From Candidatus Forterrea multitransposorum CG_2015-17_Forterrea_25_41 (GTDB taxonomy: Archaea > Iainarchaeota > Iainarchaeia > Iainarchaeales > CSSED10-239), in assembly GCA_009392915.1 (NCBI GenBank), contig CP045477.1, forward strand, positions 64,001 through 128,000: 64,000 nt of DNA, written 5' to 3'. The position numbers and the translations under genes are program-made. Shown here piece after piece: positions 27,682-36,570 of this stretch; within the stretch, counting starts at the first letter, position 1, and each line of letters begins with the position of its first letter. The notes beneath the pieces were generated by a model, which searched no databases, was not told where the DNA came from, and saw only the letters and a program-made list of their open reading frames with translations.

Positions 27682-28137
27682 ATGTTTGAAGCACCATTAA
27701 TAAGTTATTGGGTTGATATTATAATAATATCATTAGTTTTTGCTTTATCAAGTAAATTAATTCAACATTTTACAATAAACCCAAAAGATTATTTTTATAT
27801 TAAATTAAAAAGTAAACAAATAAACAAAGAAATGAAAGAACTTTCAAAAGTTCAAGATATGCAAGGTGTTAAAAATAAACAAAAAGAAGCTTTTTCAATG
27901 GTTGGAAAACAATTTAAGCTTCAACAAAAATCAATGATTGTAATGCTTTTAATTGCATTCCCTTTATTATGGGTTGTAAATAAATTTTATGCAGTTCCTT
28001 ATGATTTTATTTTATTTTCAGTAAAAACAGGGTTCTGGGCTTATGTTATTATTGGTATTGTTTTATCATTTATAATAAGTAATATTTATGATAAACAAAT
28101 GGTTAAAAGATATTACCCAAGTGGTAAATTAGATTAA
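27682..28137 (+). CDS. DUF106 / EMC3-TMCO1-like membrane protein (archaeal Oxa1/YidC-like)
   Basis: 151 aa. TM, charged coiled-coil region (KSKQINKEMKELSKVQ...), then two TMs. Conserved position downstream of secY in archaea. Confidence 0.55.
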   Translation: MFEAPLISYWVDIIIISLVFALSSKLIQHFTINPKDYFYIKLKSKQINKEMKELSKVQDMQGVKNKQKEAFSMVGKQFKLQQKSMIVMLLIAFPLLWVVNKFYAVPYDFILFSVKTGFWAYVIIGIVLSFIISNIYDKQMVKRYYPSGKLD

Positions 28138-28164
28138 TATTTTAAAAAAAAAGGTGAATTAATT

Positions 28165-28506
28165 ATGCCAAACTTTAATGAAAAATTTAAAAAACATAAA
28201 ACAATAAAAACTCCAAGTGGTAAAAAAACAAGACATATTTTAAAAAAGAAGCCAGGTAAACATATTTGTGCAATTTCACAAAAACCTCTTCAAGGTATGC
28301 CACACGGAAAAAGAGCTTTTGAAGTTGCAAGACTTACAAAGACACAAAGAAGACCAGAAAATTTACTTGCATCTATGATTTCTCCAGATGTAAGAAAAGA
28401 CATCTATCTTCAAGCTGTTATGCTTAAATATAATGTAATAACAATGGATGATGTTGATTTAAGATATTTAAAATATATCGAAATGATTAAAAACAAAATT
28501 GAATAG
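28165..28506 (+). CDS. rpl34e: 50S ribosomal protein L34e (eL34)
   Basis: KTPSGKKTRHILKKKPGKHICAISQKPLQG. Confidence 0.88.
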   Translation: MPNFNEKFKKHKTIKTPSGKKTRHILKKKPGKHICAISQKPLQGMPHGKRAFEVARLTKTQRRPENLLASMISPDVRKDIYLQAVMLKYNVITMDDVDLRYLKYIEMIKNKIE

Positions 28507-28533
28507 TAATATATATATAATGAGTGATTTTTT

Positions 28534-28689
28534 ATGGGTGTTTTGAAAGTAGGAACTGAATGTATAATAATTCAGGGAAGAGATTTTGGTAAAAAAATTA
28601 AAATTGAAAAAGTTGTAAAGAATGATGTTTTTTACAAAAATAAAGACAAAGAGGTAAAACTGAGTATATTTCACGTTTTTCCAATATAA
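28534..28689 (+). CDS. rpl14e: 50S ribosomal protein L14e (eL14), short form, absent from ORF track
   Basis: Hand translation gives MGVLKVGTECIIIQGRDFGKKIKIEKVVKNDVFYKNKDKEVKLSIFHVFPI*. KOW-like N-terminus, canonical position after L34e, and GTGAT SD 5 nt upstream. Confidence 0.6.
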   Translation: MGVLKVGTECIIIQGRDFGKKIKIEKVVKNDVFYKNKDKEVKLSIFHVFPI

Positions 28690-28710
28690 ATTTATAAATG
28701 AGTGTTAAAT

Positions 28711-29343
28711 ATGGCTAAAGCAAAGAAAAAAGATAGTGGAAATTCTAAAGGTGGAAAAGGAAATTCCAAAAATAAAAAACCACAGAAACAACAAAAAGGG
28801 AAAGAAAATTTTGGTGTTAAAGTTGCAACAAGAACTGAAAGAGTTGCAAATCAACCAACAAGAAAAGCTCCTTCACACTTTGATGCTTCTAAAGAAACTA
28901 AAGACTTTAGACATGTTGTAAGAATAAGTGGAAGAGATGTTCCTGGTTTTATGTCTTTAAAAGACGGACTTGTTTTTGTATATGGTATTGGAAAAAGAGT
29001 TTCTGGTGCTATTGAAAGTGTTTTCTTTAATAAAACTGATAGATATATTAAAAAAGTTGGATATTTAAATGAAAAAGATATTGAAATGATTGAAAACATT
29101 ATTTCAAATTTAGATAAAGAAATTCCTACATGGCTTTTAAATAGATCAAGAACAATGGATGGTCAAACAAAACATTTAATTATGGCTGACTTAAGACTTG
29201 AAAATAGAAAAGATTTCCAAAGACTTGGAAAAATTAAAAGTTATAGAGGACTAAGACTTCAATGGGGACTTACTGTTAGAGGACAAAAAACAAAATCTTC
29301 TTTTAGAAAAAGTGGTGCTGTTGGTGTTACTAAAAAGAAATAG
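28711..29343 (+). CDS. rps13: 30S ribosomal protein S13 (uS13) with Lys/Gly-rich N-terminal extension
   Basis: FRHVVRISGRDVPG..., core ending RGLRLQWGLTVRGQKTKS. Track ORF starts at GTG 28702; the ATG at 28711 is preferred. Confidence 0.92.
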   Translation: MAKAKKKDSGNSKGGKGNSKNKKPQKQQKGKENFGVKVATRTERVANQPTRKAPSHFDASKETKDFRHVVRISGRDVPGFMSLKDGLVFVYGIGKRVSGAIESVFFNKTDRYIKKVGYLNEKDIEMIENIISNLDKEIPTWLLNRSRTMDGQTKHLIMADLRLENRKDFQRLGKIKSYRGLRLQWGLTVRGQKTKSSFRKSGAVGVTKKK

Positions 29344-29365
29344 TATTATTAAGATGTGATTAATT

Positions 29366-29938
29366 ATGGGTGACCCAAAAAGATTAAATAGAAAATATGA
29401 TGTTCCAAAAATGAAATGGAATAAATTAAAAATCAGAACAGATAAACAAATTACAGAAGAGTATGGTCTTAGACGTAAAAAAGAAATCTGGAAAGCTGAA
29501 ACTGAAGTTAGAAACTTTAGAAAGAGAGCAAGACTTTTACTTGCTGGAAGAGTTGATGACTACAGTACAAGAAAAGATGAACTTTTAAATAAACTTGTAA
29601 AAATGGGTATTTTTACAAAAGAACATAAAGTTGAAGATGTTTTAAAACTTAATTTAACAGATTATTTGGACAGAAGACTTCAAACTTTAGTCTTTAAAAA
29701 AGGCCTTGCATTAAGCCCAAATCAAGCAAGACAATTAATTACTCACGGTCATATTGCAATAAATGGAAAGGTTAGAAAAATTCCTGGATCAATTATTTAT
29801 GCAGATGAATCTGTATCATACAGTAATTCTCAAATCAAAGATATGATTGAAAAAATGCTTGAGAAAAAAGGAAAACCTGCAACTTCAACTAAAGAAGAAA
29901 AGAAAGAAGAAGTAGCAGTTGAAGAGAATAAGGAGTGA
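29366..29938 (+). CDS. rps4: 30S ribosomal protein S4 (uS4)
   Basis: MGDPKRLNRKYDVPK..., S4 domain LDRRLQTLVFKKGLALSPNQARQLITHGHI. Confidence 0.94.
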   Translation: MGDPKRLNRKYDVPKMKWNKLKIRTDKQITEEYGLRRKKEIWKAETEVRNFRKRARLLLAGRVDDYSTRKDELLNKLVKMGIFTKEHKVEDVLKLNLTDYLDRRLQTLVFKKGLALSPNQARQLITHGHIAINGKVRKIPGSIIYADESVSYSNSQIKDMIEKMLEKKGKPATSTKEEKKEEVAVEENKE

Positions 29939-29944
29939 AGATAA

Positions 29945-30331
29945 ATGGTATCAACTGAAAAGATCGGGATTGTAAATATTTTTGCATCTAGAAATAATAC
30001 TATTATGGTATTAACAGATGAAACTGGAGCAGAAATTATTGCAAAAACATCAGGTGGACAATTAACAAAGTCTCAACATAAAGAAGGCTCTCCTTATATC
30101 GCTATGAAAATGTCTCAAATTATTGCTGAAAAAGCAAAAGAAAGAGGAATTAAAGAAGTTCATGTTAAGATAAGAGCTCCAGGTGGAAATCTTTATTATA
30201 ATCCTGGACAAGGTGCTGAACCTTCTATTAAATCATTAACAAGACATGGTTTGAGAATATTAAGTATTTTAAACACTACACCTGTCCCTCATGATGGATG
30301 TAGAAAGAAAAAATCTCATAGAAGAGATTAG
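29945..30331 (+). CDS. rps11: 30S ribosomal protein S11 (uS11)
   Basis: GIVNIFASRNNTIMVLTDETG, HVKIRAPGG....PGQGAEPSIKSLTR.GLRI..I.NTTPVPHDGCR. Confidence 0.95.
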   Translation: MVSTEKIGIVNIFASRNNTIMVLTDETGAEIIAKTSGGQLTKSQHKEGSPYIAMKMSQIIAEKAKERGIKEVHVKIRAPGGNLYYNPGQGAEPSIKSLTRHGLRILSILNTTPVPHDGCRKKKSHRRD

Positions 30332-30371
30332 ATTTTTCTTAAATTTATAAAAAAGAAGAAGTGATAAAGTT

Positions 30372-31109
30372 ATGGTGAAGGTAAAATTTTTAGAAAAAGA
30401 ACATAATGTATCTAAGTATTTAATTGAGAATACAGATCATATTACATTAAATACTATTAGAAGAACAATTAGTTATTATCTTCCAACCTATGCTATAGAT
30501 GAAATTGATTTTTATGAAAATAATTCTGTAATGATTGATGAAATGCTTGCAAATAGAATAGGACTTTCACCTGTAAAAACACCAGTTGTAACTACTGGAA
30601 AAAAGGTCACTTTTAATTTAGAAGTTGAAGGACCAAAAACAGTATATACAAGTGAATTAGTTTCAAATGATTCTGAAATTAAAATGGTGTATGATACAAT
30701 TGCACTTACAAAACTTAACGAACATGAAACAATTAAGCTTACAGCTTATGCAACACTTGGTCAAGGAAAAGATCATGTTAAGTATATGCCAGCAATTGTT
30801 TCTTATGCACAATTATATGATCTTGAAATTTCAAGAGGTTGTGAAGAGTGTAAAGCAGTTTTTGAAAAAGCTTCTAAAAATGCTATAAAATCTGAATCTT
30901 CAAAAAATATTATAATTAATCCTGAAGATTATGATTATTGTGTTGGTCAAGCTGAAGCTTGTGAAAAAAAGTGTTTAAAAATTAATCCTATCAATAGTTA
31001 TATATTATCTGTTGAAACAATTGGTCAAATGACTGCGAAAGAAGTTTTTATTTTAACTGAGAGATATTTAAAAGAATATGTTTCAATCTTAAAAAAGAAA
31101 CTTAAATAA
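30372..31109 (+). CDS. rpoD: DNA-directed RNA polymerase subunit D (Rpo3)
   Basis: Canonical S11-RpoD position. NTIRRTI...P, DEMLANRIGLSP. Cys cluster CEEC...C......C...C. Confidence 0.9.
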   Translation: MVKVKFLEKEHNVSKYLIENTDHITLNTIRRTISYYLPTYAIDEIDFYENNSVMIDEMLANRIGLSPVKTPVVTTGKKVTFNLEVEGPKTVYTSELVSNDSEIKMVYDTIALTKLNEHETIKLTAYATLGQGKDHVKYMPAIVSYAQLYDLEISRGCEECKAVFEKASKNAIKSESSKNIIINPEDYDYCVGQAEACEKKCLKINPINSYILSVETIGQMTAKEVFILTERYLKEYVSILKKKLK

Positions 31110-31128
31110 AAAAAGTTGTTAAAAAAAA

Positions 31129-31210
31129 GCAGGGGTTCCCGAGTGGTCAAAGGGGCAGGACTTAAGATCCTGTGCTTAGTGCTTCGCAGGTTCGAATCCT
31201 GTCCCCTGCA
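31129..31210 (+). tRNA. tRNA-Leu (anticodon UAA)
   Basis: Hand-folded cloverleaf: acceptor GCAGGGG/CCCCTGC, anticodon stem CAGGA/TCCTG with loop CTTAAGA, long variable arm, T-arm GCAGG-TTCGAAT-CCTGT. No encoded CCA. Confidence 0.9.
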
Positions 31211-31252
31211 TTTAATATTTATATAAAAAAAAAGAAATAAAGGTGTCACATT

Positions 31253-31615
31253 ATGGCAGTTAAAAAAGATTTAATGAATTTAGAAAAAAAACAAACTTTA
31301 GACAATCTATACAGTGTTTACAAATCAAGTAAGAAAGAGATTTATAAAAAAGTAGCTTCAATGCTAGAATCTTCAAGAAGAAATATGATTTCTGTAAATT
31401 TATCAAAACTTGAAAAATTAAATAATGTTATAGAAGGTTCAATTGTAATTGTTCCTGGAAAAATTTTAGGTGTTGGAAACTTAGAAAAAAAAATAACAGT
31501 TTATGCATATAGCTTTTCAAAAAGTGCAAAAGAAAAATTAGCTAAAAATGCAAAAACTTTTGATGATTTTACAAAAGATAAAATTGATTTTAAAAAATGT
31601 GTTATAATTAAATAA
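31253..31615 (+). CDS. rpl18e: 50S ribosomal protein L18e (eL18)
   Basis: ISVNLSKLEKL...GSIVIVPGKILGVGNLEKKITVYAYSFSKSAKEKL. Confidence 0.9.
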   Translation: MAVKKDLMNLEKKQTLDNLYSVYKSSKKEIYKKVASMLESSRRNMISVNLSKLEKLNNVIEGSIVIVPGKILGVGNLEKKITVYAYSFSKSAKEKLAKNAKTFDDFTKDKIDFKKCVIIK

Positions 31616-31644
31616 TTTTTTTTAAATATTTGTGGTGAATGAAA

Positions 31645-32061
31645 ATGATTGTAATAAATGGTGAAAATAAAGTTTTTGGAAGACTTTCAAGTGAAATTGC
31701 TGAAAAACTTTTAAAATACAATGAAAAAGTTGTAGTTGTTAATGCAAGAAAAGTAATAATTAGTGGAAACTATGAAAGTATCTTTGAAAGATTTTTTGAA
31801 AGAACAGAAAGGGGAGGAAAAGGTAATCCTAGAAACAACCCTAAATACCCTAGATATCCTGATAGATTAATTAAAAGAGGAGTTAGAGGTATGCTTCCAA
31901 GAAATCCTAGAGGAGCACTTGTTTTAAAAAATTTAATTGTACATATTGATGTTCCAGAAAATTTTAATAAAGAAATTCCTGCTTCTGTTAAATTAAAAAA
32001 TATGAAATATTTAACTTTAGAAGAAATTTCAAAAAGATTAGGTGCAAAATATTCAAATTAA
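31645..32061 (+). CDS. rpl13: 50S ribosomal protein L13 (uL13)
   Basis: GGTGA abuts the first ATG (31639), so the second ATG (31645) is favoured. VINGENKVFGRLSSEIAEKLL, GMLPRNPRG. Confidence 0.93.
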   Translation: MIVINGENKVFGRLSSEIAEKLLKYNEKVVVVNARKVIISGNYESIFERFFERTERGGKGNPRNNPKYPRYPDRLIKRGVRGMLPRNPRGALVLKNLIVHIDVPENFNKEIPASVKLKNMKYLTLEEISKRLGAKYSN

Positions 32062-32078
32062 GAGTAATGTGATAGATT

Positions 32079-32486
32079 ATGGTAAAAAATTATATGGTTA
32101 AAGCAACTAGAAAAAATGCAGTTGCAAGAGCTTCAATTAAACCTGGGAAAGGAGAAATAAGAGTTAATAAAATGTCTCTTGATGCTATTTATCCTACAGG
32201 TTATAAAAAAGCAATTGTTTTAGAACCTACAAAAATTGCTTCTGAAGAATTTTCTAAATTTAATTATAATGTTAATGTTATTGGTGGAGGATCTTCTTCA
32301 CAAGTCCAAGCAGTTAGAAGTTGTATTGCTAAGGGAATTGTACTTGCTAATGGTAATAAAAAAGCATTAAAAGATAAATTCTTAGAATATGATAGACATC
32401 TTTTAATTGATGATGCTAGAAATAAAGAACCAAAGAAAGAACTTGGTGTTGGTGCTAGAAAGAAGAAACAAAAATCTAAGAGGTGA
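32079..32486 (+). CDS. rps9: 30S ribosomal protein S9 (uS9)
   Basis: ATRKNAVARASIKPGKGEIRVN, GGGSSSQVQAVRSCIAKG, C-terminal KKKQKSKR. Confidence 0.94.
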   Translation: MVKNYMVKATRKNAVARASIKPGKGEIRVNKMSLDAIYPTGYKKAIVLEPTKIASEEFSKFNYNVNVIGGGSSSQVQAVRSCIAKGIVLANGNKKALKDKFLEYDRHLLIDDARNKEPKKELGVGARKKKQKSKR

Positions 32487-32493
32487 ATAATTA

Positions 32494-32688
32494 ATGATTA
32501 TTCCAGTTCGTTGTTTTTCTTGTGGGCAAGTAGTTGCTCACAACTATGAAGAATTTTTAAAAGAAATTAAAGATAAAAAATTAAAACCTACAGATGTTTT
32601 AGATAACTTAGGTGTAAAAAAATATTGTTGTAGAAGAATGTATATTTCAAATGTTGAAGTAATTGATGAAATTATGAAATATAATTAA
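32494..32688 (+). CDS. rpoN: DNA-directed RNA polymerase subunit N (Rpo10)
   Basis: MIIPVRCFSCGQVV......YCCRRM. 64 aa. Confidence 0.95.
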   Translation: MIIPVRCFSCGQVVAHNYEEFLKEIKDKKLKPTDVLDNLGVKKYCCRRMYISNVEVIDEIMKYN

Positions 32689-32714
32689 ATATTGAAAAAA
32701 AAGTGTGAAAAAAA

Positions 32715-33452
32715 ATGAATAAAAGTACAGAAAATAAAGCTATTGAAAATAATCCTTCTGAGAAAAGAACTCCAAATAATAGATTTCAAAAAACATTAGT
32801 AAATATTGATCTTTATTTAAAAAATGGTATCCATATTGGAACTAAATATAAAAATGGAGCTATGAGAAGATTTATCTTTAAATCAAGAAGTGATAAATTA
32901 AATGTAATGGATGTTCAGATAATTGATCAAAGAATAAAAACTTCAATTGAATTTTTATCAAAATTTAATCCTGAAGATGTTGTTTTTGTTTCAAGAAAAA
33001 AATATGCTTTATTTGGTTTAACTTTACTTGAAAAAACTTTTGGTTATAAAATAAAGGTTGGAAGATTTATTCCTGGTACTTTTACAAATCCAGATTCAGA
33101 ACACTTTATGGAACCAAAACTTGTTTTTGTAGTTGATCCTAATATAGATAGACAAGCTATTTTAGAAGCAACTAAAATTAGAGTACCTATAGTTGCTCTT
33201 GCAACAACTTCTAGTAATGTGAGAAATATTGATCTTTTAGTTCCTTTTAACAATAAAGGACGTAAATCTATTGCTCTTTATTTTTGGCTTTTAAACAGAG
33301 AGCTTCAATTAAAGAATGGTTTTATCAAGTCTGAAAAAGAATATAATTACAAAGTAGATGATTTTGTAATAACTAATGATGATAAAAAAGATGATGAAAC
33401 TAGAGATAGAAAACCAAGACCTAGATTTGTTAAGAAACCTTTTAGAAAATAA
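32715..33452 (+). CDS. rps2: 30S ribosomal protein S2 (uS2) with terminal extensions
   Basis: YLKNGIHIGTKYKN, VVDPNIDRQAILEATKIRVPIVAL. Charged N- and C-terminal tails. Confidence 0.93.
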   Translation: MNKSTENKAIENNPSEKRTPNNRFQKTLVNIDLYLKNGIHIGTKYKNGAMRRFIFKSRSDKLNVMDVQIIDQRIKTSIEFLSKFNPEDVVFVSRKKYALFGLTLLEKTFGYKIKVGRFIPGTFTNPDSEHFMEPKLVFVVDPNIDRQAILEATKIRVPIVALATTSSNVRNIDLLVPFNNKGRKSIALYFWLLNRELQLKNGFIKSEKEYNYKVDDFVITNDDKKDDETRDRKPRPRFVKKPFRK

Positions 33453-33579
33453 AAGGTTTTTAAATTTTTAAATAAGCTTTTAAATGTTACTATACATCTT
33501 ATATATAGTAATTAATTAATCTAAAAAGGTTAATATTGTTAACAATTATAAAAAAACGTAAAAAAGAGTGTGAAAAATC

Positions 33580-34305
33580 ATGAAAGATAATTATTTAGTT
33601 TCACTTTTAAAAGAACTTAATTTAACTGAATATGAAGCAAAAGCTCTTGTTACGTTATTTAAATTTTCAGAATCTGATGCTCCAACTATTAGTAGAAATT
33701 CTGAAATTCCAAAAACTAGAATTTATGATGTTTTAGATAGACTTAAAGATAAAGGTTTTGTTTTAGAAGTTTATAAAAGTCCTAAAACCTATAAAATAGT
33801 TAATCCTGAAGAAATTTTTAAAGGACTTTTAGATTTAAAACAAAATGAACTTTTAAATCTTTCAAAAAAAGTAGATGATGTTATTTTAAACTCAACATGG
33901 TCTTCTTATGCAAATAGTAATCCTGAAAAAGTATTACAAGTAAACAATATTAAAGATTATAATAAATTTTTATCACAAGAATTTGAAACTGCAGAAAAAG
34001 AAATACATGGTTTTACAAATCTTGATGAAAGAATTGATTCTTTAAAATCTGTTTTTACAAATAAAAATTTATCAATTAATATTTTAACAAATCCAGTTAC
34101 AAAAATACATGAAATTCCAAAACATGTAACTATTCAAGAAACTAACCATTCAATGGATGCTTTTGTTTTAGATAAAAAGAAAGTTATTATGGCTTTAAAT
34201 GATTTATCTTCTCCTAAAAAAGCATATAATTTAACTGTTCTTGAAAATAATCCTACCCTTGCAAATGCACTCTTATCTCATTTTAAGGATTACTGGAAAA
34301 AATAG
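33580..34305 (+). CDS. TrmB family transcriptional regulator
   Basis: The N-terminal wHTH LNLTEYEAKALVTLFKFSESDAPTISRNSEIPKTRIYDVLDRLKDKGFV is typical of TrmB. 241 aa. Confidence 0.85.
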   Translation: MKDNYLVSLLKELNLTEYEAKALVTLFKFSESDAPTISRNSEIPKTRIYDVLDRLKDKGFVLEVYKSPKTYKIVNPEEIFKGLLDLKQNELLNLSKKVDDVILNSTWSSYANSNPEKVLQVNNIKDYNKFLSQEFETAEKEIHGFTNLDERIDSLKSVFTNKNLSINILTNPVTKIHEIPKHVTIQETNHSMDAFVLDKKKVIMALNDLSSPKKAYNLTVLENNPTLANALLSHFKDYWKK

Positions 34306-34396
34306 TTTTTTTTAATATATTGAATACTTTTTTAAAGTTAACTATCTTTATAAATATATATAAGGGTATATTAACTTTTAAGAGGTAATAAATTAT

Positions 34397-36484
34397 ATGC
34401 AGTTAAAGAAACTAACTTTAGTTTTATTATTTTTATTTATTTTTTCCATACCAGTTTTTTCTTCTTCTATAACTCTTTATGTTTCCTCTCCTTTTTCCTC
34501 TTCATCTTCAAATTTTAGTATTTCTCCTTCACTTTCTTTTGACAAGTTATCTTTAGTTTCAGAAGATAATTTATCTTTATTAAGAGAGCAAAATATTATT
34601 GTTAAAGAAGAAATTATTAAAGAAAAAGAATCTTCTTTAGAAGATAATTCTCTGTTAGAAGAAATAAATTCTCCAAATCATATTTATGAAACTTATTTTC
34701 AAGATTCTGTAATGATTGGAGATGTTTATTTTCCAGAAGGTATAATTGATTCTTCTCAAGTAAGAGAAAGAAGAAATATTAACTCTCAGTCTACAGTTGA
34801 TAATATTTGGGGTACCACTCCATTAACTGGAGAATATCATATTCCTGTTTTTTTAGTTGATTTTTCAGATGTTCCACATACTCTTTCTAAAGAAGTTTTT
34901 GAAGAACAATTTAATTCTCCTCTTTACTTGGACGGTAATGGTACAAGTGTAAGTCAGTATTACAAGAAACAATCCTATGGTGAACTTGATATTACTTTTG
35001 ATGTTTATGATTGGAGAGAAATGCCTGAAACTTATGAATATTATAGTACAAGATTAGGTGTTTTTGGAGCTCAAACAATAGATCTTTTTGGAACTGGTCC
35101 AAATGCAATTGATTTAACTCAATATGATTCTGATAATGATGGTAGGATAGATGGTTTTGTAATTGTTCACGCTGGTTTTTCTTTACAGAACGCTGGTACT
35201 GGTCATATTAAGACATCTACTTTATTAATGTATTCTGATGAAATTTTAACCATTCAAGGTTTGCATTATGGTAATATAGCTGTTACTTCTGAGAGATATC
35301 CTAGTTGTTCTTCTGGTTTTAATGAAAATTTAATTCCATATCCAGATGATTGTAGAATTGGTGTTTTAGATCAAACACATGAGTTTGGTCATATTTTAGG
35401 TCTTCCAGACTTTTATGGTATTGATCCAAATACTGGTGGTCAATCTCCTGGTCTTCAAAACCTAACTATGATGATGATGTATGATGACATTCCTCAAAAA
35501 CCAATTAATTTAGATGCTTGGGCAAGATATTTTTTAGGTTGGATACAACCAACTGTAATTGAAGAGGGCATGGAAGGTGTTTATCCAGTTTATTCAATTG
35601 ACACCAATCCAGATGGTGCTTTTATTTTACAAGATCTAACTGAGATGGATGAACGTGAATTTTTTATAATTGAAAATAGATTTATGCAAAACTCCCCTTA
35701 TAATCAAGATACTTTTCTTTTAAACACTTCTCAACTAAATTGGGATTATTTAAATGGTCATTTTGGTGGAATTGCAGTTTATCATGTTGATGAGCAATAC
35801 ATTGAAGATAATTATCCAACTAACAGTATCATGTGGGATCCTGATGGAGATTTTTATGATGATACTATAGGGCATCCTGGAATCGTTTTTGAAGAAAATA
35901 TAAAATTTTCAGAAAATAATTGGGATTATTCATTAGGAGATTTATATTCTAGTGAACGTAATGCTGGTTTTGGAGATAATACTTTTGGTAATTTTGATAG
36001 ATACCAAAGATTTTATCCAGAATATAATATGTTATGGGATTATCACAATAAAGCCTATAATGGTAATTTAACTGGTGTTACTGTTGGCACTTTAAGTGGT
36101 AGTGGATCTATAGTTTATGCTTATCTTCAAAGTTATCAAGAAACTTTTAATGCTTTAATCTCTTCTCCAAAAAATAACAGATGGTATAAGTATACTAATA
36201 ATTTAAATTTCATTTCAAGTTATTATAATAATTTAGGAGATGTAAGTTGTGTTTGGGAAGATTCCAGTAATAATATTCTATCTCAAGATTGTGAATTTTC
36301 TGCAACTCCAGAAGATTTAGGTTTACCAATCAGTGAATGTTCTGAGAAAATCACTCTAACTTTAGAAATAACAGATCAAGAAACTGGTGATACAATTATT
36401 GATACTGTTGATATAAAGATTTATGAAACCATAAGAGATATTTGTGAGACTGCTCATAACAACACCCAAGCAGCCACAAAATAA
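34397..36484 (+). CDS. secreted M6-family (immune inhibitor A-like) zinc metalloprotease
   Basis: Sec signal peptide. HIPVFLVDFSD...SVSQYYKKQSYGELDITFDVYDW and HEFGHILGLPDFY (HExxH) fit the M6 domain. Confidence 0.8.
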   Translation: MQLKKLTLVLLFLFIFSIPVFSSSITLYVSSPFSSSSSNFSISPSLSFDKLSLVSEDNLSLLREQNIIVKEEIIKEKESSLEDNSLLEEINSPNHIYETYFQDSVMIGDVYFPEGIIDSSQVRERRNINSQSTVDNIWGTTPLTGEYHIPVFLVDFSDVPHTLSKEVFEEQFNSPLYLDGNGTSVSQYYKKQSYGELDITFDVYDWREMPETYEYYSTRLGVFGAQTIDLFGTGPNAIDLTQYDSDNDGRIDGFVIVHAGFSLQNAGTGHIKTSTLLMYSDEILTIQGLHYGNIAVTSERYPSCSSGFNENLIPYPDDCRIGVLDQTHEFGHILGLPDFYGIDPNTGGQSPGLQNLTMMMMYDDIPQKPINLDAWARYFLGWIQPTVIEEGMEGVYPVYSIDTNPDGAFILQDLTEMDEREFFIIENRFMQNSPYNQDTFLLNTSQLNWDYLNGHFGGIAVYHVDEQYIEDNYPTNSIMWDPDGDFYDDTIGHPGIVFEENIKFSENNWDYSLGDLYSSERNAGFGDNTFGNFDRYQRFYPEYNMLWDYHNKAYNGNLTGVTVGTLSGSGSIVYAYLQSYQETFNALISSPKNNRWYKYTNNLNFISSYYNNLGDVSCVWEDSSNNILSQDCEFSATPEDLGLPISECSEKITLTLEITDQETGDTIIDTVDIKIYETIRDICETAHNNTQAATK

Positions 36485-36570
36485 AAAAATAAGTAAACCA
36501 TTTATATACTTTATGTTATATAATTTATAATATAATTATTTAAAATAAAAAATAAATTAAGGTGAATATT

